This document shows, in pieces, positions 28,093 to 36,022 of a DNA stretch of 64,000 nt (position 1 is its first letter; the number at the start of each line of letters is the position of its first letter). The notes below the pieces were generated by a model, which was given only the letters and a program-made list of their open reading frames with translations, did no database searches and was not told the DNA's origin. This stretch comes from a virus (lineage: Duplodnaviria > Caudoviricetes). Position numbers and translations under genes: made by a program. The DNA lies in the IMG/VR virus record IMGVR_UViG_3300010429_001356, positions 2,456 through 66,455 of that record. One strand, written 5' to 3'.

Positions 28093-31000
28093 TGCTTCGA
28101 ATCAGGCGGCTCGCCGCCCTCGCCATCCTGCTGCTCGTCATGTTCGGCCCGGCCGTCGTGCGGCCGCACATCGATCTCGGCCCGCTGGAGCTGCAGGTGC
28201 CGATGGCGTCCTCCAGGGAGGAGCTCCGAGCGCCGGAGCCTCAGAAGGCGTTCATCGAGACGCTGATCCTGTTCGTCGTCTTCCTGGTCCTCAGCGAGAT
28301 CCTGAAGCCGAAGCCGAAGATCGAGAACGCTCGCCCGGCTGGCCTCGGAGACTTCAAGTTCCCGACCGCGACCGAGGGCCGCCCCGTGTCGCTCATCTGG
28401 GGAACGGTCAAGGTCGAGGGGCCTAACGTCGTGTGGTACGGAGACCTCAGGCAGCAGGCCATCACCGAGAAGGTCAAGACCGGCCTCTTCTCCAGCACTC
28501 GCGTCACCAAGGGCTACAAGTACTACGTCGGCATGCAGATGGCAGTGTGCCGCGGTGGATCCTCCCCGGTCGGTGCCCTGCTCCGCATCTGGGTCGGTGA
28601 CGACATCCTCTGGACCGGCAACGTGACGGCGGACGGAACCGCGATCGACATCAACGAGCCCGAGTTCCTCGGCGGCGAGGATCTCGGACAGGGCGGCATC
28701 GTCGGCACGCTCCGGTTCTTCTCGGGCAGCATGACGCAGAACGCGCCCGCCTACCTCACGAACCACCAGTCGGTCGGAGGCGTCACCCCCACTTACCGTG
28801 GCACCTGCTACATGCTCTGGGAGCAGGGCTGGCTCGGCAACTCCACCAGCATCGGCCCGTGGGCATTCGAGCTCCGCCGCATCCCCAACGGCCTCGGGCT
28901 GGGCACGCCCAGCGTCAACGGCGGCAACGACGCGAACCCGATGAACGTCATCTACGAGATCCTCACGAACACGGAGTGGGGTCTCGGACTGCCAGCCTCG
29001 GACATCGACACCGCCAACTTCACCACCGCTGCGAACACGCTCCGAACCGAGGGAAACGGGTTCAGCTTCGTGCTGGACAGCGAGATCGAGGCGGCCGAGC
29101 TGCTCCGCGAGATCGAGCGACAGATCGATGGCGTCATCTACCTCGACCGCTCGACCGGGAAGTGGAAGTGCAACCTCGCCCGCGGCGGCTACTCGGTGCC
29201 CAGCCTGACGGCGATCAACGCGAGCAACATCATCGAGGTGCGGTCGTTCAGCCGCGGAACGTGGGACGACACCACGAACAACGTGCTCGTCAAGCTGAAC
29301 AACCGAGCGCTCGACTACAAGGAGACCTACGCGGGAGCTCAGGACATGGCGAACGTCCGGCTCCAGGGCAACAAGATGGTGTCCGTCGAGAAGATCTACC
29401 CCGGCGTCAAGGACGCCGCGTGCGCCAACACGCTCGCCTGGCGTGACCTCCGGCTCCTCAGCTCCCCCATCGCGCGGGCCGAGCTCGTCGTGGACCGCAC
29501 CCTCCACGCGAAGAACATCGGGGACGTCCTCCGCTGGACCGATCCCGACCTCGGGATCACAGACCTCCCGGTGCGGATCACGAAGATCGACCTCGGAAAG
29601 TTCAACGACGGACAGATCTCCATCTCCGTTGTCGAGGACATCTTCGTCTTCGACGAGGGCGTCTTCCAGGCTCCGGGTGCCACGAACTGGACGCCCCCGC
29701 CCCAGACCGTCGTCGCGATCCCGACCGCCGACTCCGTCGTCATCGAGGCCCCGCGGAAGTTCTGCATCCTGGACGAGGACCAGCCCGAGGTCGTCAACCG
29801 CATCTGGGCTGGCGCTCGCTTCCAGAACGACGCCGCCACGCTCATGGACATCGCCACGCGCCCCAACTCCGGCTCGTACACCGACGCTGGCGACATCGCG
29901 GGCTTCCTCGTGGCGGGCGAGCTCGCCTCCGGCATCGACGAATCGGGAAACCAGGGCTCGATCTCGTTCAACGTCGACGCCGACCTCGACTCGCTGTCGC
30001 TCCTCATCGCCGCAATGACCCCGAGCGTGACCGCAGAGGACGTCGGCACGCGGCTGGCGAACCTCGTGCTCATCGACAACGAGTTCTTCGCCTTCCGCAC
30101 CGCAACGACGGGAGGCGGCCAGCTCCAGCTGAGCTCCGGCTACCGCGGCCTCCTGGACTCGGCTCCGGCCGCGCACTCCGCCAACGCTCGCGTGTGGATT
30201 CTCTTGGGCAACCTCACCGAGCGGGTGTTCTCGCCGGGCACCCTCGTGAACGTCAAGCTCCTCCCCCGCAGCGCCACTCAGTCGCTCCCCGAGGGTTCGG
30301 CGACCGCGATCAACGTCACGATGTCGAACCGCGCTGACTGCCCCTACCCTCCCGTGGCGCTCCGGTTCAACACCACGCTCTACCCGACCGGGAACGTCGA
30401 CCTCGACAGCTCGGGCAGCGGCGGCCCGGGGACGGGGCTGGACGACCGCGGCATCGCTGTCAGCTTCGTCCGCCGAGACTTCCGCAACGGCGACGAGGCG
30501 AAGGCCGTCGTCGACGAGACCAACCTTCCCCCGGACTTCCCCTCCGCGAACACGACTGAGTACGCCGTCGAGGTGCGCAACGACCCGAACGGCACGAACA
30601 CCCTGCTCTTCACGACCGGCTACCAGAGCACCGTCCCGATCGAGATCAGCCGGACGAGGATCCTCCGCCACGCTGGATCCCTACCTTCTCGCCTCCGCAT
30701 GACGGTGCTGACGCGGCACACCAAGGACAGCGTGCTCCGCAGCGCGATCCAGAACCCGCGGTGGGACTTCAACGTCCAGTCCTCCCTGATCTCCGGCGAC
30801 TTCAACTTCGGCGTCCGAGCGAACGGCGTGTCATCCTCGTCCTACACGGCTGCGAGCACCGGCACCCACACGCTGAACATCGGCACCGCCCTCAGTACAG
30901 GGAACGTCCAGGTCTCCATCAACGGCGGCGCGTTCAACACCGTCATCGCCGCAGGCCTGACCACCGGCACTTTCGCTGCGACTGCTGGTGACGGCATCGT

Positions 31001-31097
31001 GATCCGGCACACCCAGACCGGCTCGAACACCTCGGAGACCTTCGTCGAGCTCACCTTCGGCGGCACCAGCGTGGCCTACGGCGTCTTCACGTACTGA
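28092..31097 (+). CDS. Tail tip/central fibre protein (Phage-tail_3-like)
   Basis: FPTATEGRPVSLIWGTVKVEGPNVVWYGD, DANPMNVIYEILTN, IDGVIYLDRSTGKW. Confidence 0.85.
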   Translation: MLRIRRLAALAILLLVMFGPAVVRPHIDLGPLELQVPMASSREELRAPEPQKAFIETLILFVVFLVLSEILKPKPKIENARPAGLGDFKFPTATEGRPVSLIWGTVKVEGPNVVWYGDLRQQAITEKVKTGLFSSTRVTKGYKYYVGMQMAVCRGGSSPVGALLRIWVGDDILWTGNVTADGTAIDINEPEFLGGEDLGQGGIVGTLRFFSGSMTQNAPAYLTNHQSVGGVTPTYRGTCYMLWEQGWLGNSTSIGPWAFELRRIPNGLGLGTPSVNGGNDANPMNVIYEILTNTEWGLGLPASDIDTANFTTAANTLRTEGNGFSFVLDSEIEAAELLREIERQIDGVIYLDRSTGKWKCNLARGGYSVPSLTAINASNIIEVRSFSRGTWDDTTNNVLVKLNNRALDYKETYAGAQDMANVRLQGNKMVSVEKIYPGVKDAACANTLAWRDLRLLSSPIARAELVVDRTLHAKNIGDVLRWTDPDLGITDLPVRITKIDLGKFNDGQISISVVEDIFVFDEGVFQAPGATNWTPPPQTVVAIPTADSVVIEAPRKFCILDEDQPEVVNRIWAGARFQNDAATLMDIATRPNSGSYTDAGDIAGFLVAGELASGIDESGNQGSISFNVDADLDSLSLLIAAMTPSVTAEDVGTRLANLVLIDNEFFAFRTATTGGGQLQLSSGYRGLLDSAPAAHSANARVWILLGNLTERVFSPGTLVNVKLLPRSATQSLPEGSATAINVTMSNRADCPYPPVALRFNTTLYPTGNVDLDSSGSGGPGTGLDDRGIAVSFVRRDFRNGDEAKAVVDETNLPPDFPSANTTEYAVEVRNDPNGTNTLLFTTGYQSTVPIEISRTRILRHAGSLPSRLRMTVLTRHTKDSVLRSAIQNPRWDFNVQSSLISGDFNFGVRANGVSSSSYTAASTGTHTLNIGTALSTGNVQVSINGGAFNTVIAAGLTTGTFAATAGDGIVIRHTQTGSNTSETFVELTFGGTSVAYGVFTY

Positions 31098-31150
31098 TTG
31101 GCGCAGCGGCTCTCCCTGGGCTATAGTTCACGAGCCGGAGGATCCCGCCC

Positions 31151-31420
31151 ATGCCCGACCGAAACCCGCAGGAACAGGTTGTGCTGAGCCGAGAGGAGCT
31201 CGAGGCCCTCGTGAAGAGGACCGTGAACGAGACCCTCACCTCCATCGGACTCGACCACAAGAATCCCATCGAGCTGCAGAAGGACTTCCAGTCCCTCCGG
31301 GAGTGGCGTCAGGCCATGCAGGAGGTTCGGAAGAAGACTCTCATCACGATGATCGGCATCCTGGTCACGGGGCTGGCGGCCGCGATCTGGATCGGCCTGA
31401 AGACGATGTTCTCGCCGTAG
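31151..31420 (+). CDS. Holin-like single-TM protein
   Basis: C-terminal TM helix; immediately after the tail module; TTGGCG-N18-TATAGT upstream. Confidence 0.4.
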   Translation: MPDRNPQEQVVLSREELEALVKRTVNETLTSIGLDHKNPIELQKDFQSLREWRQAMQEVRKKTLITMIGILVTGLAAAIWIGLKTMFSP

Positions 31421-31430
31421 AGGAGCCCAC

Positions 31431-33008
31431 ATGGAGATGCGCGACAAGGTTCGTCTGTCCCTGGAGAAGCACGGCGGGAACGTAAGCGCCGTCTCCAGGG
31501 AGCTGGGTATCAACAGGTCGACCGTCGCGTACCATCGCGCCAAGCTGGGCATGGACAAGCCCCTCGCGTCGGGTCAGGTGCGAGCCCTCGACGAGGAGGT
31601 GCTCGACCTGCCGAAGAAGGGCAAGGTCAAGCGATACCTGCTCACGTCCGCCCAGAACAACACGCGGCTGCACGGGCACCTGTGGGACAACCTGCTGGCC
31701 TTCGCCGAGCACGTCAACGCCGAGATCCTCGTCAGCACCTACACGTACAACAAGACTGCCTACGGCAAGCTCGCCGTCAAGCGTGGCACCGCCGACCACG
31801 ACAAGGAGCTCTGGTACGACGAGCGGATCGAGGACTTCGTCTGCGACCGGCGCACCGTGCTCGCTCCCGGGCTGGTATTCTGCGGCGAGATGAACATCCT
31901 GCCGACTGCGGAGAACCCGCTGGAGGGCTTCGAGACTTACACCGGCCGCCGGAGCGGCATCTTCCCCCACGCCAAGTTCGCGATGCGGTCCATCGCGACC
32001 ATGAAGGGCGAGGGCACGAAGTTCAACTACACAACCGGCACGTGCACCCAGCGCAACTACATCCAGAAGAAGGCGGGCCTCAAGGCTGAGCACCGACACT
32101 CGTACGGAGCCCTCCTCGTCGAGGTGGACAGCGACGGCCACTGGTGGGTGCGTCAGCTCAACGCCGACGACCGCGGCTCGTTCCAGGATCTGGACGTGCG
32201 GGTCGAGGGAGGTAAGTGCATCGAGGGTCAGCAGGTCGAGGCGATCACCTGGGGCGACGTCCACGTGGCTCAGCTGGAGCCGACCGTCCGCTCCCTCGCC
32301 TGGGGCGAGCAGGGGATGCTCGACACCCTCCGGCCGAAGTTCCAGTTCATCCACGACCTGCTGGACGGAGTCTCGTTCACCCACCACGACCGTGGCAACC
32401 CGCACGTGCGGTTCAAGAAGTTCCTCGCTGGGCAGGACGACGTCGTCGCCGAGCTGAAGGAAGCCGCGGCGTTCCTGAAGGAGGCCGAGCGCCCATGGTG
32501 CCAGACGGTGGTCGTCGACTCGAACCACGACGGGTGGCTGATGCGGTGGCTCCGGGAGCACGACTACCGCACCGACCCCCGGAACGCTGTGTTCTTCCTG
32601 GAGTCACAGCTCGCCGTGTACCGCGCCCTCGAGAGCCGAGAACGCGGATTCTGCCTGGTCGAACACGTGATGCGGAAACTTGACTGCCCGCGAGGGACGA
32701 AGTTCCTCCGCACCGACGAGTCCTTCAAGACGTGCCGCAACTCGATCGAGAACGGCATGCATGGCCACCTCGGCCCAGACGGGGCTCGCGGCAATGCGCA
32801 GAGCTTCAGTCGGATGGGCCGCAAGGCGAACACCGCCCACAGCCACAGCGCGTCGATCCACGACGGCCTGTACGTCGCTGGTGCTTCGTGCAGCCTGGAC
32901 CAGGACTACAACGCTGGCCCGAGCTCCTGGTCGCACTCGCACATCGTCACGTACCCCTCCGGGAAGCGGGCGATCGTGACCGTGTGGGCCGGGAAGTGGC
33001 GGGCCTGA
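31431..33008 (+). CDS. HTH plus calcineurin-like metallophosphoesterase (T5 A1-like nuclease)
   Basis: N-terminal HTH GGNVSAVSRELGINRSTV; WGDVH, HDLLD, DSNHD, MHGH, AHSH metal motifs. Confidence 0.65.
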   Translation: MEMRDKVRLSLEKHGGNVSAVSRELGINRSTVAYHRAKLGMDKPLASGQVRALDEEVLDLPKKGKVKRYLLTSAQNNTRLHGHLWDNLLAFAEHVNAEILVSTYTYNKTAYGKLAVKRGTADHDKELWYDERIEDFVCDRRTVLAPGLVFCGEMNILPTAENPLEGFETYTGRRSGIFPHAKFAMRSIATMKGEGTKFNYTTGTCTQRNYIQKKAGLKAEHRHSYGALLVEVDSDGHWWVRQLNADDRGSFQDLDVRVEGGKCIEGQQVEAITWGDVHVAQLEPTVRSLAWGEQGMLDTLRPKFQFIHDLLDGVSFTHHDRGNPHVRFKKFLAGQDDVVAELKEAAAFLKEAERPWCQTVVVDSNHDGWLMRWLREHDYRTDPRNAVFFLESQLAVYRALESRERGFCLVEHVMRKLDCPRGTKFLRTDESFKTCRNSIENGMHGHLGPDGARGNAQSFSRMGRKANTAHSHSASIHDGLYVAGASCSLDQDYNAGPSSWSHSHIVTYPSGKRAIVTVWAGKWRA

Positions 33009-33776
33009 GTGCGGACCAGCCCCTCGCAGCTCGTCCGGCTGCAGCAGTGTCCCCGGCTCTGGTGGTTCAGGTACGTGCGGAAGCTCCCCTTCCCCGAGAC
33101 CAAGCCGCTCGCCCTCGGGAACGCCCTGCACGCCCTCTGCGCCGCCTCGCTGGCGGGCCGCCCGAGACCGGCCGGGTGGGACCACCACCTCAGCAGGCAG
33201 GAGCGAGAGCTCGCCCTCCGGCTCCTCGAGGCGGGGGCCACGGCCCTCAAGCCTCGACCGGGTCTCGAGGTCGAGATCGACGTCGCTCTCCGGAGCGGGG
33301 AGCACGAGATCTGCGGCCGCATCGACTGCCTCGACCCCTCGCCGGATTCTCTCGAGGTGACTGACCACAAGACTGCCTCCAGCGCCCGCTGGCTGAAGCA
33401 GCCGGAAGATCTCCGTACCGATGTGCCGATGATGCTGTACGCAGGCTACGCCCTGTGGCGAGCTCCGTCCGCAACGGAGGTGAAGCTCCGCCACAACCAG
33501 TTCATCGAGGACGACCCTCGGCTCGAGAGCGCATCGGTCTCAGTCAGCCGAGACGAGGTGCGATCCTTCTGGGCTCAGACGATCGTCCCCCTCCTGCGCA
33601 CTTCGGACGCCGTGAAGGACATCGAAGGCTGGCAGGATGTTCCTGGCCACCCAGCGTGCTCTAAGGCATGCCACGCCTACAACGGGTGCAAGTTCGCGGC
33701 CATATGCCACGGGGGCATGCCGATCCAGGACTTCACGCCGGAGCGGGCCGCGGCCCACGGGTGGGCACCTTTCTGA
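33009..33776 (+). CDS. Cas4-like PD-(D/E)XK nuclease
   Basis: SPSQL..QCPRLW, LGNALH, GRIDCL..DHKT, C-terminal Cys cluster. Confidence 0.8.
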   Translation: MRTSPSQLVRLQQCPRLWWFRYVRKLPFPETKPLALGNALHALCAASLAGRPRPAGWDHHLSRQERELALRLLEAGATALKPRPGLEVEIDVALRSGEHEICGRIDCLDPSPDSLEVTDHKTASSARWLKQPEDLRTDVPMMLYAGYALWRAPSATEVKLRHNQFIEDDPRLESASVSVSRDEVRSFWAQTIVPLLRTSDAVKDIEGWQDVPGHPACSKACHAYNGCKFAAICHGGMPIQDFTPERAAAHGWAPF

Positions 33777-34212
33777 CCGGCCACACGTAGCCCTCGGGAC
33801 CGCACGGTTCCTCAGCCCAGCCGAACTGAGCGTAGTGCTCGGGATCCTTCTGCTTCAGCCGAGCGCGGTGCGAGGCGTGGACATCCTCTCGCCCCCACCA
33901 CTCCGGCAGCGAGGCAGATCTTCCCTCCAGGACGAGCTTCTCCCGCAGCTCTTCGAACCACGGGAGCATGGTGTCGTTCTTGCCGCGGCGGATCCACTCT
34001 TTCCGCATCTCGATGGCGTAGAGGCAGAGCTGGAGCTCGTGCCGTCGCCACATGAGGACGGCCGGGTGGTTCGCCCACCCGATCTTCGCGTCGGGTGGAG
34101 CGAGGAGCACGTTGAGTATCTGCTTGCACTCCAGGCCCTGCTTGTTGAGGCGCTTGTCGTCGAGCACCTGGGCGCTGGCTGCGAATCCGGGATGTGGGAG
34201 GAAGGTCTGCAA
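33733..34212 (-). CDS. Pyrimidine-dimer DNA glycosylase (T4 endonuclease V-like, MSMEG_6728-type)
   Basis: MQTFLP..LDDKRLNKQGLECKQIL..WANHPAVLMW; TTG start. Confidence 0.85.
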   Translation of the reverse strand: MQTFLPHPGFAASAQVLDDKRLNKQGLECKQILNVLLAPPDAKIGWANHPAVLMWRRHELQLCLYAIEMRKEWIRRGKNDTMLPWFEELREKLVLEGRSASLPEWWGREDVHASHRARLKQKDPEHYAQFGWAEEPCGPEGYVWPVRKVPTRGPRPAPA

Positions 34213-34277
34213 ACAGACCCGGACCTCTGCCGAGAGCCGGGGCTGCCAACAACTGCTGCGCTCTCGCAGCCGGACAA

Positions 34278-34586
34278 TGGAGCCGGGGGGATTCGAACCC
34301 CCGTGTTCGCTACTTCACCGAGTGCGTCTACGTGCGTAGCCGGATCAGGCAACCGGCGGCCATACTGAAGTTCCCCGACCTAAGTTAGCCTCCCAGCTCG
34401 GGGGAGCGGAGGGATCTCGCCGATGTCGCCGTCGGCCCCGGTATCGGCGTCCCGGGCGACGGGCAGGCTCAGGCGGCCTTGCGGAGGGAAACAGTGTTGC
34501 CAGTTACTTGGCTGCCCTGTTGGGGAACGGGCGTCCCTGCACGCTGCATCACGATCTCCATAGCGAGTCGATTCCGGATCGGCCCC
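34278..34586 (-). ncRNA. ssrA: tmRNA, 309 nt, tag (A)GNTVSLRKAA
   Basis: 5' GGGGCCGAUCCGGAAUCGAC; 3' GGGGGUUCGAAUCCCCCCGGCUCCA; G3.U wobble; pk1 GGGAC/GCCC/GUUCCC/GGGC; tag frame 34501-34469. Confidence 0.95.
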
Positions 34587-34594
34587 GCGGAGGA

Positions 34595-34622
34595 ACCATA
34601 GCACACCTCTGGTCGGAGGCAA
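34595..34622 (-). promoter_or_regulatory. tmRNA promoter TTGCCT-N16-TATGGT (TGn extended -10)
   Basis: 8 nt upstream of the mature tmRNA 5' end. Confidence 0.75.
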
Positions 34623-34630
34623 GCCCGTCG

Positions 34631-34914
34631 CGACTCAGCCGACTCAGCCGCCCAGCGGGTTGCTCGATCCTAGCTCCTAGGTCTTACCCCCTTCTTTGAC
34701 GAAGTCGAGTCGAGCACTGAGTCGCCCCCGACCCAGCGACCTCCGCTGGGCGACTTTCGGACGGGTGGAGATAGTGGACTCAGCGCGACTCGAACAGAAA
34801 GCAACTGGGAGAATCTGCAACCCGAACGCTTGCCCAACACTGATTCATAAGGCAAGATTGAGCCGAAGTCTAGCTGACGAACCTGAGTCGCGCAAAGTCG
34901 CGCCTGAGTCGCGC
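34631..34914. repeat. CGACTCAG/CTGAGTCG repeat cluster, candidate origin
   Basis: Ten GANTC sites; CCTGAGTCGCGC twice with 21-bp period; non-coding, AT-richer core. Confidence 0.55.
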
Positions 34915-34924
34915 GGAGGATCCC

Positions 34925-35287
34925 ATGGCGAGGAAGACACCCATCCGGGGCACGGTCGAGGGGCTGACGATAGAGGTAGAGCTCCACCACGAGGCGACCG
35001 GCCTGGTCACGACCGAGGAGCTGCCGATCGACGCCAGCGTCGGGGGCTGGTACTCGTACTCGCCGGGGACGTACCACGATCCACCGGAGTCCGATTCGGA
35101 AGTCACCCTCGACATGTCCCACCGGGAGCTGGTGGCGGCCGCGGTGGAGGCAGCGAGGGAGATTGACCTCGGACTCTGCACGGTCCTCACCTCGCCGAAG
35201 GACATCGCCTCTCAGCTCCACGAGCTCGCGGAGGAGGCTGTTCTCGACAACATTGACCGATACCTCGACGAGGGCGATTGCGACTAG
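34925..35287 (+). CDS. Hypothetical acidic protein
   Basis: RBS GGAGGA. Confidence 0.6.
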   Translation: MARKTPIRGTVEGLTIEVELHHEATGLVTTEELPIDASVGGWYSYSPGTYHDPPESDSEVTLDMSHRELVAAAVEAAREIDLGLCTVLTSPKDIASQLHELAEEAVLDNIDRYLDEGDCD

Positions 35288-35305
35288 CCGCGGGTGCGGT
35301 ATAGT
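35278..35305 (+). promoter_or_regulatory. Promoter TTGCGA-N16-TATAGT
   Basis: Upstream of ORF 35352. Confidence 0.55.
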
Positions 35306-35351
35306 TGCCCTCTCTCAGTAGAGCACCCACTTTCACGAAGGAGCATCAGCA

Positions 35352-36008
35352 GTGCAGATCAACGTACCGAACAAGGTCATCGTCGTCATCGCGGCTCTCG
35401 TGGCCGCCCCCGTGCTGTTCGCCGCAGGGCAGGTCAGCCAGATCGCCAAGCAGCAGGCAGCTCCGCCGGAGGAAACCCGTCGGCAGATCGTCGACACGAT
35501 CCGTCGTCAGGCCGACCAGCCGCCGGAGCCCAGGGCTGGTATCGCTTCGCAGGTCCAGCCTCCCCCGGTCTCCAGCACCGAGCTCAGTCGGCAGCCCATG
35601 GCGGCCGTGCTGAAGACCGATCCCGTCCCGGCGGTCGCCGCGGTCGAGGAGCCAGTCACCCGTGCGGCCGGGGTCGGCGACGTCGTCGCCCTGTGGGTCA
35701 AGAGCTCGGAGTGGAGCCGCTCGATCGCCCTCTCCGCGCACCAGGACAGCGGCATGGCCGCGAAGCCGATCATGGTGGTCGGGATGATCACGAACCTCAC
35801 CGAGAACCACGTCACCCTCGGTGGCCGGAAGTGGTTCAACGGCCGGTCCTACGAGGACGACAAGTTCTACGACATCGAGCTGATCCCTCGTGACATCGTC
35901 TACCGGGTGCAGGTGATCGGCGTCGCGGGTCAGGACTTCGACCAGGACGTCGTCGTGAACACGGCTCCGACGAGCGGCTTCGCTCCGCTGCCTCCCGGCA
36001 TGCGGTGA
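35352..36008 (+). CDS. Signal-anchored protein with possible Sm-like C-terminal barrel
   Basis: N-terminal hydrophobic helix; VGDVVALW..VVGMI..ENHVTL..IPRDIV. Confidence 0.5.
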   Translation: MQINVPNKVIVVIAALVAAPVLFAAGQVSQIAKQQAAPPEETRRQIVDTIRRQADQPPEPRAGIASQVQPPPVSSTELSRQPMAAVLKTDPVPAVAAVEEPVTRAAGVGDVVALWVKSSEWSRSIALSAHQDSGMAAKPIMVVGMITNLTENHVTLGGRKWFNGRSYEDDKFYDIELIPRDIVYRVQVIGVAGQDFDQDVVVNTAPTSGFAPLPPGMR

Positions 36009-36022
36009 GGTATAGTTAGCTC

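Noticed and set aside
34696-35166. 156-aa + strand ORF over the repeat region
   Set aside because: Low-complexity translation, no RBS, out of frame with the better-supported ORF at 34925
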